NCBI GenBank assembly: GCA_001600815.1
Contig: BCKZ01000003.1
Location: forward strand, 934,581 to 975,848
Direction of reading: 5' to 3'
DNA length: 41,268 nt
DNA from: Alloascoidea hylecoeti
Taxonomy: Eukaryota
The notes below the pieces were generated by a model. The model worked only from the letters and a program-made list of their open reading frames with translations, ran no database searches and was not told where the DNA came from. Both the position numbers and the translations under genes were made by a program. Numbering within the stretch: position 1 is the stretch's first letter; every line of letters starts with the position of its first letter. Positions 11,441 through 23,375 of this stretch are shown here, piece by piece.

Positions 11441-13059
11441 ATCTGAAAATTTTGGTATTTAAAATTTAAAGGTTGGAAGACAAAATCTTATCTATTGATC
11501 AAAGGTATCATTAGATCTGAAAGAGGTTTCGATTATGTTCTTCTATTCAAAATTATTGCATCACTGTTTTTTTTTTATTTTATTTGATTAATTAAATCTC
11601 TCTCAAAGTTTTACACAGATGAAACAACCATGGACAATTGTTTTGATCACATTATGTCTTGTCTTATCTTGTCTTCTCTTGTCCTTGTTTTGTTAATTAA
11701 AGTCTTAAACTTCGATCGAAATTACATTGCAATTGCAACATTTTCTATATAATAAATTATTTTTTTGCTAACCTTTTTTCATTTCATTTCATTTTATTTT
11801 ATATGTATTCTCATTACATTATATTTTTTATATAAAAAAAGTATTGTATATAAGTATATAATATCGTTATTGTTTTTTTCCTGTTTACTCACAACCATAG
11901 ATTTTTTTTATGTTTTATATATTTTAAATTAAAATAAACGATCGCGATTGGAAAGATTGAACTAAAAAATTCATAGTATTGTATCTAGATCTATAACTAT
12001 AACTATAGTGACGATTGATTCTGTTACAATTTTTTGTCCTGAGATCTCTTTGGAGTACTTGTTTTCTTTCAAACTTCCCCTTTCATTAGTGTAAGAACAA
12101 CTTGGACAAAATTAACTAGCAAAAAGCAAATATATTTTAAGAGAAAGAGTCGATTTCCATTTTAAAGAAGTGCTTTTTCCCCGTAACTTCCTACTAAAAC
12201 TATAGGGATATCATATAATCAAACGATACACTAATGTTCGGCCATGTTATAATTGATTAAGGTATAAAAGCCAAGCACATCTTGTTTCCTTTTAAAAACA
12301 TTTGGGTCTTTGGGTGTTTCAACTATAAAAGAAAAAAAAGAATATATATTGCTCATTAATCTAGTCTACTTTGCAATTTTTTATAGTGTATATAACTAGC
12401 AAAGAATTAATCAAATGATGGGCTATATGTTTTTACCATAATTTAAATTATATTTATCCGTGGCTTATTCAGCTATGCTATTTTTTTCCATTTCAGTAAC
12501 GCTGACTAAATATCAATGTTTTGAAGGAAGGCTTAGCTCTTGAATTACCGGATATTGATATATATATATGCCATGTTTCTGATGGTTAAATTTATATCAT
12601 GACCCCAATTTTGGTTTTAACAATAAATAAAAGACTCAAATATTATCATACTATCTTTATCTTACGATTATGAACACTGGAAATTCGAATGGCGGCTCCT
12701 TATAATCATCCTCACACATGTATCTATCGCATTATACGTTATGATGCTAACCTCTTTAAAATTAGGCTTGTCAATTAGTTTTAATGATGAAATGATATTT
12801 AGATACAGGATAATCAATTCAACTTCATTAACTATAAGTTATTTCGAATTCGGAAGAGTTAGTCTTAATCGCTTTAAATTTAAATTCATGATCGCGATTG
12901 CAATAAGTTTATATGGATATTAATGACCTCAAAACTCATCTTATATAGGGTAAGTTGAGTAGCAACGGTTTATAAGAAACACAAACCCCAAATCACTTTT
13001 TTAGAATTTAGCAAAATTATTTATTTTCAATATAGAATATACAGATATTTTTGATGAGA

Positions 13060-13280
13060 CGCAGGAGGATTTACTTTTTTGTTCCATGGATTTCAGGAAT
13101 CTTTGGTGTCGTTCATTAGGTGGACGGCAAAAAGATGGAGGCATGTTCATTCACCATTTCCAAGATGAGATTGGTGTTAAAAGTATTATCTTTGAAAGCC
13201 CCCTCATATTCCAATTAACTCTAGAAGATGGCACATCCAAGTTTTCCAGTGGATTGAGTGCTTTGATTCTTTAATATCTA
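13060..13280 (-). mobile_element. Dispersed repeat relic, same family as 39600-40070 (probable LINE fragment)
   Basis: 13239-13265 is the exact reverse complement of 39881-39907 (27 bp). GGAAATGGTG and CCATGGAA follow in the same order in both copies, and both encode KALNPLENL...WKW. Confidence 0.6.
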
Positions 13281-13749
13281 TAAACTAGCGCCGATATAGC
13301 AGATGAGCAGATGAGCAGCCTACTCAATATAGCATACTCATCAGAAATTGAATATTTTTTCACAAAATCTGCCAACCACCTCATAATATATTTACTGATC
13401 TCTTTATAAAGTCCTTCGTGCGCAATATTAATAGACGTGTTTTCAATCGGTTTAGTTGTGTTTTATCTATCATTGCACTTCTTCAAAACTTCTTTTAGAT
13501 TGAATGGTTATAGTTATACTTGTGTTTTTGAAGTGAAAAGACATCCTTTTGTAGGTTAATGGCTAGTATAAACACTTATAATTATCATATCTTATATATT
13601 TATAAGACTGGTAGGCACAGGATTTATAGTATAGTAACTCTACTTAATTTCGGTGATATGGAGCAATAATATTCGTCGCCTCCTTCAACAATTAAACATT
13701 TCTTTACTATGAGCTCGTACCATATACTTATAAAATATAACAATATTAT

Positions 13750-14040
13750 AGAGAAAGTAATTAGTGAAGGGAGCCGGGATATTATTCATCAAAATCCCCC
13801 AATATTCATGAATCACAAGGTATAATATTTAGTTTAAAAGCGGCCTAAACTACGTGGAAGTTACTGTAGAAGTCATGGAACAACTTAAACCGAGAGAGGT
13901 ATGATTCTATCTTATTCTACAGCTTACACGGGAGATATGCCATAGTAAACAGTTAAATGAAACCATGGAATACATACAATGGTTGGCCGAGTTGAAAGAA
14001 AAAGGCCTATATAGTCAGCAAATTGTATTGCAGCACTTGT
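13750..14040 (+). mobile_element. Possible Ty3/gypsy integrase core relic
   Basis: Frameshifted translation gives EKVISEG...SWNNLNR.RGMILSYSTAYTG...SKQLNETMEYI, resembling gypsy IISDRG...W..L...GI....STAYHPQTDG.SER.N.TLE.YLR. Confidence 0.4.
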
Positions 14041-15135
14041 AGTGTAAGGGTTTAATAGGGAACCAGTCTGGGGAAATTCGGGGATATTTATGCACAGATG
14101 AAGTGGCTATACTATGTAGGCAAGCTTAAGAGTTTGATTGGGAAATTATTATCTCATAGTAAGCTGTATAATAAGATAAAATCAGATTAAGAAATACGGA
14201 TATTCTCGGTTGATTTATTTTAAATCTACTGGAAATCTATTGTATAGTAATAATCTAGAAACTTATTATAAAAAACAAACTTATAGCCAGTGTAGATATA
14301 ACTTGTAATATATATCACAATTATAAATGCATGTAGTGGTCAGATTTGTCAAATTTTGTCAGATTTATTAAAAACTAGTTCCCAACTTTAATACCTATTT
14401 AATTCTAATACTGACTTATATATATATGTATGTATACAATAATAGTGAATCGCTACGACCGCTAAGTAAGCACACAAAAATAAAAGTTAACAAAACTTAA
14501 ATTTTTTCATATGCATATATGTTAATAAAAAGACTACATAGCCAAAATGAAAATGTATAATAAGCAGTTTATCTATATGTTCAAGTTTTTTTCTCTTAAT
14601 AGTCTTGCAATTATTTAAAATCAGCAGCGCTTAGTCTAGTAATAAGTATACTACAAAAGTACGAATTAGTAAATCTGTCTGTAATGAGTATAATCATACT
14701 TAAGCTTAATTAGCGACTGACCCATATAGAAGGTGCCATATCTATAGAAGGCTTATCCAAGCTAATAATGACAACCAAATTGAATATAATACATTAATTA
14801 TCAATATGAGGATTATTGATCATTACAAGTAATACATTTTTAATTGATTCTTCTTAGGTGCAGTATTAAAGTTTATAGAGATGAAATCTATGATTTCCTA
14901 AAAGAGCGATTAACAGCAATATTTGCATAATATTATACCAAATTCAATTATATTTAATGGAGAAAAGAAGTTTACTTTTTGGTTAATGATTATATGATTG
15001 ATTAATCTTTTTAAAGAATATTTAGGTTATCCGGGATAAAATCTTTCATTTTATAATTCTAACGTTTCCTCTCTTTCTCCTTCATCTTCGATTTTCTTTT
15101 CTTTCTCTTTAACTATTCTTTTATATACAAATACA

Positions 15136-16620
15136 ATGGCCATGGGGGAAAATTATAAGATGATACAATTATCACCAACGTTTACAACGTCAACGAAATC
15201 TTCACCATCAACACCGACATTACCACCAGCAGTTCCTCAACGAACTCCACAACAATTAAGAAAAAATAACGGTGGAAATAATAATAATAATCCTGAATTA
15301 TTATTAATGAGCGAAAAAATTAATCAAGCGACAAGTCATAAGAAAAGATTACAACATCAAATTGATCAAGAACGTAAAAAATATAAAGATTCAAATTTAA
15401 TTGATGTTGCAAAAAATGTTCCAAAAATTATTAATTCTTGGGGTCCATTAAAATTACAACAAACATTAAAAGGGCATTTTAAAAAAATTTCTAAAATTCA
15501 GTGGGCAAAAACAAATAATTTAAATGAACAATCAAGATATTTATTATCAGGATCACAAGATGGATTTTTAATTATATGGGATACATGGTTAAATCATAAA
15601 ATTGATGCAATTGTTTTAGAATCTCAATGGATTTTAGATTGTTGTTTTTCACCAAGTGGACAATTTGTCGCAAGTTCTGGACTTGATAATATATGTACGA
15701 TTTATAATGTTACGAATGGATCACATTATAATAAAGTATCACAAGAAGTAAACCAATCTAATAGTATGAATAATAATCTTATTAGTAAAGAACAATATGA
15801 AATGACTAGTAATGGACATTATTTAAAAAGAACACCAATTGCAATGTTAAAAGGACATAGTTGTTATATATCAAGATGTGAATTTATTGATGATAGACAA
15901 ATCCTAACTGCATCTGGAGATATGACATGTGGATTATGGGATATTGCAAAGGGGAAAAGAATTAGACAATTTACAGATCATCTTGGAGATGTGTTATCAT
16001 TATCATTAACACCAACAATTGATAAGAATATATTTTTATCAGGAGCAAGTGATGGACAAGTTCGGGTTTGGGATTTAAGAAGCAATAAGGTAACACAAAT
16101 GTTTGATAATGGGAATAGTGATGTCAATACATTGGAGTTTTTACCGGCTGGAGAAGGATTCATGACAGGGTCCGAAGATGGGATTTTAAGATTATTTGAT
16201 TTAAGATCTGATTGCTTATTACAACAATATACGTTACCCAATACTTATTATAACAAGGGAAGTCCTGGAGGAGACAGCAGAAGTAAAAGAGTGAGTGGAA
16301 CTGGATCTTTAAGCAGTTATTCTACGTTTTCCATGTCGACTTCCCGATCTCCGTCTTCCAGGTTTTCTACGGTTTCGGCGGTTTCGTCTGAGTCCGAATC
16401 CCGCACGAGTGTCAATGCGCTTGGTTTGTCCAAATCCGGCCGGTTGGCGTTTGTGTCGTACGACCAACTTGGGGTCCTCGTGTGGGACATTCTCCATTCA
16501 GAGGTTGTAGGGACGGTTAAGGGCCATAACAACGTCGTGAGCAGCATTGCGTGCGCGCAGGATGGCGTGAGTGTAGCCACTGGCTGCTGGGACACCACCG
16601 TGAAGGTGTGGACATCCTGA
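15136..16620 (+). CDS. STE4: Heterotrimeric G-protein beta subunit, 494 aa
   Basis: N-terminal coiled coil followed by G-beta WD40 signatures (LKGHFKKI, SGSQDGFLIIWD, LDNICTIY, ILTASGDMTCGLWD, FTDHLGDVLSL, TGCWDTTVKVW). It carries the Ser-rich insertion typical of yeast Ste4. Confidence 0.95.
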   Translation: MAMGENYKMIQLSPTFTTSTKSSPSTPTLPPAVPQRTPQQLRKNNGGNNNNNPELLLMSEKINQATSHKKRLQHQIDQERKKYKDSNLIDVAKNVPKIINSWGPLKLQQTLKGHFKKISKIQWAKTNNLNEQSRYLLSGSQDGFLIIWDTWLNHKIDAIVLESQWILDCCFSPSGQFVASSGLDNICTIYNVTNGSHYNKVSQEVNQSNSMNNNLISKEQYEMTSNGHYLKRTPIAMLKGHSCYISRCEFIDDRQILTASGDMTCGLWDIAKGKRIRQFTDHLGDVLSLSLTPTIDKNIFLSGASDGQVRVWDLRSNKVTQMFDNGNSDVNTLEFLPAGEGFMTGSEDGILRLFDLRSDCLLQQYTLPNTYYNKGSPGGDSRSKRVSGTGSLSSYSTFSMSTSRSPSSRFSTVSAVSSESESRTSVNALGLSKSGRLAFVSYDQLGVLVWDILHSEVVGTVKGHNNVVSSIACAQDGVSVATGCWDTTVKVWTS

Positions 16621-16708
16621 TTACATAAGCACATACATTACATAGTTAATACTTTTTTCCAACAACCCCACCCATTTGTATCCAATTCTTCAATTCTTCA
16701 GTTCCATA

Positions 16709-17753
16709 ATGTCAGAGGTATGTCCCGCCCCCCCTCGATCCGTCCCTCAATTCCGTCCCCCGGTGTGCTTTTGCTAGAGGTTTAGTGCTGGTGCCAATCC
16801 TCCGCCTCCCAAGCGGCCACACTGTCCATTTTTTGTGTGGATCCCCAGAGACTTTTTATGGAAGACTCCTCGACAGACCCTCGGATGTTACACGGGAACT
16901 TTTTATGATTATGAACACGTCCATCTAACTTACTTCTTATATTTAGGTCGAAAGAACGATTAAAATAACTACTACGCAGGAAATCCTAAAGGATGTCGTC
17001 CCCGTCGACGCCGGATTTCCCATGAGAAAATGGTCAATTTCCATTTCTCTTATTGACCCTTCGAATCATGAATTACCAGCAAATATCTTTGATAAAGTAA
17101 CATATCATTTACATCCAACTTTCGTTAATCCAAATCGTTCTGTCAAAAAACCTCCTTTTAGAATAGAAGAACAAGGCTGGGGCGAATTTGACATGGAAAT
17201 TACTCTTTTTTTAGCCGATAAAGCTGGTGAAAGAAAATTAAAACATGATTTAAATTTTGCTAAAAATAAATATGAAATTACACATAAGATTAAAGTGCCT
17301 ACAAATAAACCTGGTTTAAATAAATTATTAGCAGAATCTGGTCCTGTTTCTGGTATTAATGATGATTTTGATATTTATGAAAATCAACAACAACATTTCC
17401 AACAGCAATCAAATCAACAAGTTCAAGTTCAACAACAACAACCAAAAAAACGAATAAATGATGATTTTACTCCAGTTAAAACTTCAAAAAAACCAAAAAC
17501 AGTTGCTGAAAATAATATTACTCCTGCTTTAATTAAAGGAACCGTTGATTTAGAAAAATTAGCCCAAGGTTTAACAAAATTAAATGAAGATGATTTAATT
17601 GGTGTTGTTCAAATGATTACTGATAATAGAACAAATGAAATGAATATTAAAAATGATGTTGAAGAAGGGGAATTTCATATGGACTTATTTACTTTACCTG
17701 ATGGTTTATTAAAAAGTTTATGGAATTATGTTAAAAAGCGAGTGGATGTTTAA
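16709..17753 (+). CDS. TAF14: YEATS + ET domain transcription/chromatin factor, 271 aa; join(16709..16717,16947..17753)
   Basis: ATGTCAGAG|GTATGT intron 16718-16946 (branch TCTAAC, TTAG) gives MSEVERTIKITTTQEIL...FPMRKWSI. YEATS motifs KVTYHLHPTF and EEQGWGEF are present, and the ET domain reads VDLEKLAQGL...LKSLWNYV. Confidence 0.95.
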
Positions 17754-18424
17754 TTATTACATATTATAAACATCTTAAATTTTTTTGTACTTACTTTTAA
17801 AACTGGAAAAAGAAATAAAATTCAAAAAAAGAGAAAAAAAAAGGAAATGTATTTTTACTACTTATATTAATATTAATATGTAGTAGTTTATATATATATT
17901 ATATATATAAATATCTATTTATCTATCTATATTTTTCATATTATTATTAATAAATGATTTGTTGCTTGCAGTTGTGATTTTTTTATATGATGAGAACAAA
18001 CAATTGCAAAGGAAATGAAACAAAATATTAAGTGTATTAATCTTATTATATAAACAAATAATCTTATAGTTAAGTTAGTTAGTGATGGAACATAATATAT
18101 GATACATTTATTATTAAGTGCTACAATAACATAAAAGATATATTGTTATAAGTATAACATAAATGATACATCTGTTATTATTAATAAAATTGTATATATA
18201 AATATAGTTATGTCAGTCAGATAAGTTTTTTCACAGATCCGAAATACCACTAATATTGAATGAATATTTCTATTTATATGTCTAGATCATAATATCATAT
18301 GCATTCTCAGAGTTCAGATTTCCATTTAAAAACACCTTTTGATATACTGCTGTCACATCCTATCCTCCTTCCACCCTAGGTGTGAATTCACTCAACTCAC
18401 ATTTCATTATCTTTATTATATACC

Positions 18425-19819
18425 ATGGCGAAGAAATCAACCAGCAGTAAACAAAAGAATACCGAGAAACAGCAGAATGGTAATCAAAATGATAATCAGA
18501 ATGGAAACAAAGTTGAGGTAGAAGGAGGAGTTGATGACACAAAATTGGAGATTAATGATAATGATAATAGTGACATTATTGGACAATCTCCACAATCCGA
18601 AAATGAAAACGAAAATGAAAAGTCTAACGATGTTAAGACTAATGATGGATCTATTATTAAAAATGTAGTCAAAAAAGAAAATGGGAGTGAACATGAGAGT
18701 GATAATGGAAAAGAAGTTGAAGATCTAAAACAACAAATTAAACAATTAAAATTACAATTATCAGAATCACAATCGAATTATGAATCAAGAGATTCTCAAT
18801 ATCAATCATTAGTATCTCGACTTTCATCAATGAAAACAGTTTTTACAAAAATGAAAGAATCACAATTAGAAATTGAATCAAAAGAAAATAAAATTCAAAA
18901 TTTAATCGAAGAAAATGAAGAATTACATTCTCAATTTCAAATTTTACAATCAAATTTTTTAAATAAACAAGATGAAAATGAATCATTAAAAAATGAAATT
19001 ACACAATTAAATTCAAGATTAAAAACCAATGAAATAATTTATAAAAATGAATTTCAATTAATTAAAAATTCAAATGATGAAATGATTAAAAATTTACAAT
19101 TAAAAAATGAAGAAATTAATGAATATGAAATAATTATTGATGAATTTAAAACAAATGAGAATGATTTAAAAGATGAAATTTTTGAATATAAAGAAATTAT
19201 AAAACAACAAGATTTAAATTTATCAAATTTAAATAATAAATTTTTAAATTCAAATGAAGAAATTAATTCATTAAATTTAAAATTTGAAAATTTAAAAATT
19301 AATCATGAAAATGATTTAAAATTAAATGATGAAAATTTAATTAAATTAAAAAATGATTTAAAATCAAAAGATTTAAAAATTGAAGAATTAAATTTAAAAA
19401 TCAAAGAATTAAATAATCAAACAAGTGAATATTTAAGTTTTAAAAAAGATTTAAATGATAAACAATTAATTATTGGAAAATTACGTCATGAAGCAATAAT
19501 ATTAAATGAACATTTAACAAAAGCTTTAAAATTATTAAAGAAAGAATCTGAATCTGAACAAATTGATAAACAATTAATCTCAAATTTATTAATATCTTTT
19601 TTACAAATTCCAAGAGGTGATACAAAAAAATTTGAGGTTTTAAGAGTTATTGGGAACTTTTTAAAATGGGGAGAAAATGAAAAAATTCAAGCTGGTTTAT
19701 CTCATATACCAAAAGATGGTAATAATAATAGAAGACTTACTAGAAGTGAAAGTACGAGTAGTGAAGGTTTTGTTAATATGTGGACTGATTATCTAGAGAG
19801 AGAAAGCACGAAGAAGTAG
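18425..19819 (+). CDS. RUD3: Golgin with long coiled coil and C-terminal GRAB domain, 464 aa
   Basis: Coiled coil followed by IGKLRHEAIILNEHLTKAL...IDKQLISNLLISFLQIPRGDTKKFEVL...W.DYLERES, the Rud3/GMAP-210 signature. Confidence 0.92.
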   Translation: MAKKSTSSKQKNTEKQQNGNQNDNQNGNKVEVEGGVDDTKLEINDNDNSDIIGQSPQSENENENEKSNDVKTNDGSIIKNVVKKENGSEHESDNGKEVEDLKQQIKQLKLQLSESQSNYESRDSQYQSLVSRLSSMKTVFTKMKESQLEIESKENKIQNLIEENEELHSQFQILQSNFLNKQDENESLKNEITQLNSRLKTNEIIYKNEFQLIKNSNDEMIKNLQLKNEEINEYEIIIDEFKTNENDLKDEIFEYKEIIKQQDLNLSNLNNKFLNSNEEINSLNLKFENLKINHENDLKLNDENLIKLKNDLKSKDLKIEELNLKIKELNNQTSEYLSFKKDLNDKQLIIGKLRHEAIILNEHLTKALKLLKKESESEQIDKQLISNLLISFLQIPRGDTKKFEVLRVIGNFLKWGENEKIQAGLSHIPKDGNNNRRLTRSESTSSEGFVNMWTDYLERESTKK

Positions 19820-20336
19820 CTTCTTAAACAATTTCAATTAATATTAAAGTGATTGATTGTTGGAATCATTGGTTTATTAAACAACAAACCAACAAGATTA
19901 AGATATTTTGTTCATCCTTACTATACATAAGATATAGTATCCTCTACTCATAATTAGACACTCTTGATAATGAGTTTGCACTAGCCCAACTGGTTGTATT
20001 TCGAGATGTAGGCTCATATATTTTATTATATAATGAAGTTGTTTTCTATGTACCACATTTGAGAACAAATTAATATATGTTTTTAATTCGCAATATGTTT
20101 CCATATGGGGAAAAAACCAGCTTGAGATCTCTTTTTTTTTTGAATAACTTATACTACACTTCAAGTGATATTCTTGGTTTAAAAAGTGGCTGAAAACTAT
20201 GCAACAAGCGAGACTGAATATTGCTCGATCATGTGGACGAAATTAAGTGTAATCAGTGTGAATAAGGAGTAAATTTCAAATTAATCATATTGACGTTATT
20301 ATACTTTATAAGTTATATATTAAATCCTAATCAAAA

Positions 20337-21074
20337 TTAAAAAGGTACAGTTATTCCCTCATAATCCAAAAAAGATCCCGAATCTTTAATACTAAGGCCC
20401 TCTATAATATTCAACATTGAAGAAGCTGATTCATCGGGAGTTAACCTTTTCAGATTAGCTAATACACCAGTAGTATCTTGCCGGACTGCAGCTCTTGCCA
20501 TCTCAGTATCTACTAGACCCGGGTGGATAGCAACATAAATATGAACCTTTGATTCTGAAGATAATACTTTCATATAATAATTTAGAGCTGCCTTGGATGC
20601 TCCATATGCTGGATATGCATATTTATTTCCAGCAATAGAACCTGCAATACTGGAGATGAAAATAGTTTTAGAGGATACCGAATTTGATAGGAAAGGTTTA
20701 AGTGCTCCAACAAGTAAGATTGGTCCAATTGAGTTGACTGAAAATAACTTGCTCAAAGCATAAGCAGGAGTTTCTAATATTGGTCTAGTTTTCTCATCCA
20801 TCAAACCAGCATTTGAAATTAAAACATCAATTTTATCAGTAAATTTAGAAACTTGATCAGGTAAACTAGCAATACTTTCCTCACTTGAAACATCAAGTTC
20901 GACGATCTTGGTGTTTGAATGTTCCTTAGACCATTCTTGTAACTCTGTAGCTTTATCTGGATTTCTTGCAGAAGCAATAACTAAATTATTAGGATCAGAA
21001 GATAATTGTTTAATGAAAGAAAATCCAATTCCCCTATTTCCACCCGAAATTAAATAAACTGTTGAAATTGGCAT
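20337..21074 (-). CDS. Short-chain dehydrogenase/reductase (CsgA/C-factor-like), 245 aa
   Basis: True ATG at 21074 (MPISTVYLISGGNRGIG). Has the Rossmann GxxxGIG motif, SNAG, catalytic S...YGASK and HPGLVDTEM. The track's start at 21113 is a TTG and is unlikely in a yeast. Confidence 0.92.
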   Translation of the reverse strand: MPISTVYLISGGNRGIGFSFIKQLSSDPNNLVIASARNPDKATELQEWSKEHSNTKIVELDVSSEESIASLPDQVSKFTDKIDVLISNAGLMDEKTRPILETPAYALSKLFSVNSIGPILLVGALKPFLSNSVSSKTIFISSIAGSIAGNKYAYPAYGASKAALNYYMKVLSSESKVHIYVAIHPGLVDTEMARAAVRQDTTGVLANLKRLTPDESASSMLNIIEGLSIKDSGSFLDYEGITVPF

Positions 21075-22016
21075 CTTTATTTTATTTAAGGTAGAGAGTA
21101 GAATATTTTCCAATGATAAATATTTGTTAAACCCAGTAGACAGGAAGCTTGGAGAAGAACTCTCATAAAATAACTCTCTTCATTCAATTTAATCCTCATA
21201 TATGCAAGTATATGCAACATACATATGTATAAATTGAGAGAATCCAAAACCATACATCCTTACATCGCAGAAATCAGTGCAATATGGTTAAACAAACAAG
21301 AACGAAGTTGAAACCCCAGTCGTATCCCACATACCGCGCCAAAAAACACCAATAACATGGGAAAAACTAAAAATATATTAATATAATATCGGATTTAAAA
21401 CTGATATTCCAGAAAAATAGTAACCAAAATGGACTTCAGATAGAAATTAATCGATCTAATAGACATTTATGCCAATTAAATTAATTGTTTGACAAAATAT
21501 TAAAAACAATATATACTTTTTCATAGAATTTAAAGCACTGGATTTCGATCGATATATGATTATATCAATTCTATATGGTGGTCATGATAATATTAATAAG
21601 TTATTTTAAATTATATACAGATATATAACTCAATGGAGTATTTATATATGGCATAATGTTTCAAAGCTCATCTCCAATTGCAGGTGAAACAACTCATTGA
21701 CTATCCACCAGTTTTGTCAATTCCGTTAACATTAATACATCATTCGATACTACTTGATTTATTTATTGCTATAGCCAAAAAAATGCTATAGCCGTGTTTA
21801 TATTAATCGATCAGAATGATATTCTCAGCAGCATGAGTTTTGTTGTGAAAGAAAAGTTTTTGAAACGGTATAATGGGATTCCTCTAATATTTCAATTCTT
21901 TTATCATTGCTGGTTTTGTTCCTTTTACTTTTAATTAATCTTGCAATTTAAACCATATAATTCATACATTTGTAATAGATCGCGATTACCAAAGCTGTTA
22001 TTCCGTCTGATGATTA

Positions 22017-22358
22017 TTAGTTTCTTCGAACTCTGAGATGTACTTTTCGCGCCATTTTAGTCAAACTAGCTTTCATATTTATTCTAAAGTGTCTCATTCT
22101 TCTGATACCATTCAACTGAAAAATATCTTCTTTTTGGAAATTATTTTTACAAAGAGGACAACTATTGGATGACTTTGCCCAAAACTTAATACACGAATCG
22201 TGATAAACATGAAGACATGGCTTGAGTACTGAAACAAGTGATTTATCTGTAGGCCATTTTTTAACATCCGAACTTAAATTTAATGGCTCCAAGCAAATTG
22301 AACACTCCTCCTCACTTTCAACCCATTTATCGTTATCTTTATGTGTAGATACCGTCAT
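22017..22358 (-). CDS. Small RING-H2 finger protein (putative E3 ligase), copy A, 113 aa
   Basis: CSIC...PCLHVYHDSC...W....CPLC is a complete C3H2C3 RING, followed by a basic C-terminal tail. Paralogue of 23007..23375. Confidence 0.85.
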   Translation of the reverse strand: MTVSTHKDNDKWVESEEECSICLEPLNLSSDVKKWPTDKSLVSVLKPCLHVYHDSCIKFWAKSSNSCPLCKNNFQKEDIFQLNGIRRMRHFRINMKASLTKMARKVHLRVRRN

Positions 22359-23041
22359 GTTAAATTTATAGTGATAATTTTAGAAAGAAAAAAGGGTAAG
22401 ATGAAAGAAATGGAGAAGATAAAAAAAGTCGAAGACTTAAGTAACTGTACCCAGCCTATTAGAGTAAGAATACTGAAAAAAAATGATACATAATTAAAAA
22501 TGTAAAGAAAATACATGTTTGGATGCTGCATAATATTTGCGTTGTGGTTTCTCCTTTAGGCCTTATTCATATGCACTTTGAAGAAGTTGTGATTTTATTC
22601 ATTATAATTAAATATGTTATTAAAAAATCTATTTCTTATATAAATCATAATTATTTGTATTTCTGTTATTACAATGGATAATTAGTATCCTAATACATTG
22701 CAAGTGAATACATGGTGTTTTTATTTCATTTAAATTTAATTTAATTATATATTTAATTATAATGAATAAAATCACAACTTCTTCAAAGTGCATATGAATA
22801 AGGCCTAAAGGAGAAACCACAACGCAAATATTATGCAGCATCCAAACATGTATTTTCTTTACATTTTTAATTATGTATCATTTTTTTTCAGTATTCTTAC
22901 TCTAATAGGCTGGGTACAGTTACTTAAGTCTTCGACTTTTTTTTATCTTCTCCATTTCTTTCACCTTACCCTTTTTTCTTTCTAAAATTATCATTATAAA
23001 TTTAACATGACGGTATCTACACATAAAGATAACGATAAATG
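22324..23041. repeat. Near-perfect inverted repeat: arms 22324-22615 and 22749-23041, 133-bp spacer
   Basis: By manual comparison the arms are reverse complements with only 2 substitutions and one 1-bp homopolymer indel. They cover both promoters and the first 11 codons of the RING genes. Weaker homology continues to about 21790 and 23530. Confidence 0.95.
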
Positions 23042-23375
23042 CCCTGAAAGTTATGATGGATTTGATTCCTGTTCTATTTGCTTGGACCCACTGATGTTGA
23101 ATCCAGATGTTAAAAAATGGCCTACAGATAAACCATTTGTTTCAAGAATTAAGCCATGTCATCATATTTATCACGATTCGTGTATTAAGAAATGGGCACA
23201 ATACTCCAGAAAATGTCCTATTTGTAGAAGAAAATTCAATGGAAAGCACATTGAACAGTTGGAAAATACTGTTGTCAAAGAAAAGAAATATACTACAATT
23301 ATGAGACACCTCAAAGTTAATACGAAAGATACTTTTAGTAAATTAACACGAAAGTTACAAAAAAAGGAACAATGA
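23007..23375 (+). CDS. Small RING-H2 finger protein (putative E3 ligase), copy B, 122 aa
   Basis: CSIC...PCHHIYHDSC...W....CPIC RING-H2. Shares MTVSTHKDNDK, DVKKWPTDK and YHDSCIK with copy A. Confidence 0.85.
   Translation: MTVSTHKDNDKCPESYDGFDSCSICLDPLMLNPDVKKWPTDKPFVSRIKPCHHIYHDSCIKKWAQYSRKCPICRRKFNGKHIEQLENTVVKEKKYTTIMRHLKVNTKDTFSKLTRKLQKKEQ

Noticed and set aside
12515..12725. Second copy of the tRNA-adjacent LTR
   Set aside because: Only 8-13-bp matches (TGAAGGAA, AGCTCTTGAATTA, CACACATGTA) with inconsistent spacing and no clear termini or TSD; compatible with chance.
14200..15135. Pheromone-response (TGAAACA) or a1-alpha2 sites in the STE4 promoter
   Set aside because: No good matches found by eye.
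16718..16946. Intronic snoRNA in the GC-rich TAF14 intron
   Set aside because: Weak hairpins are present, but there is no properly placed H/ACA or C/D box pair.
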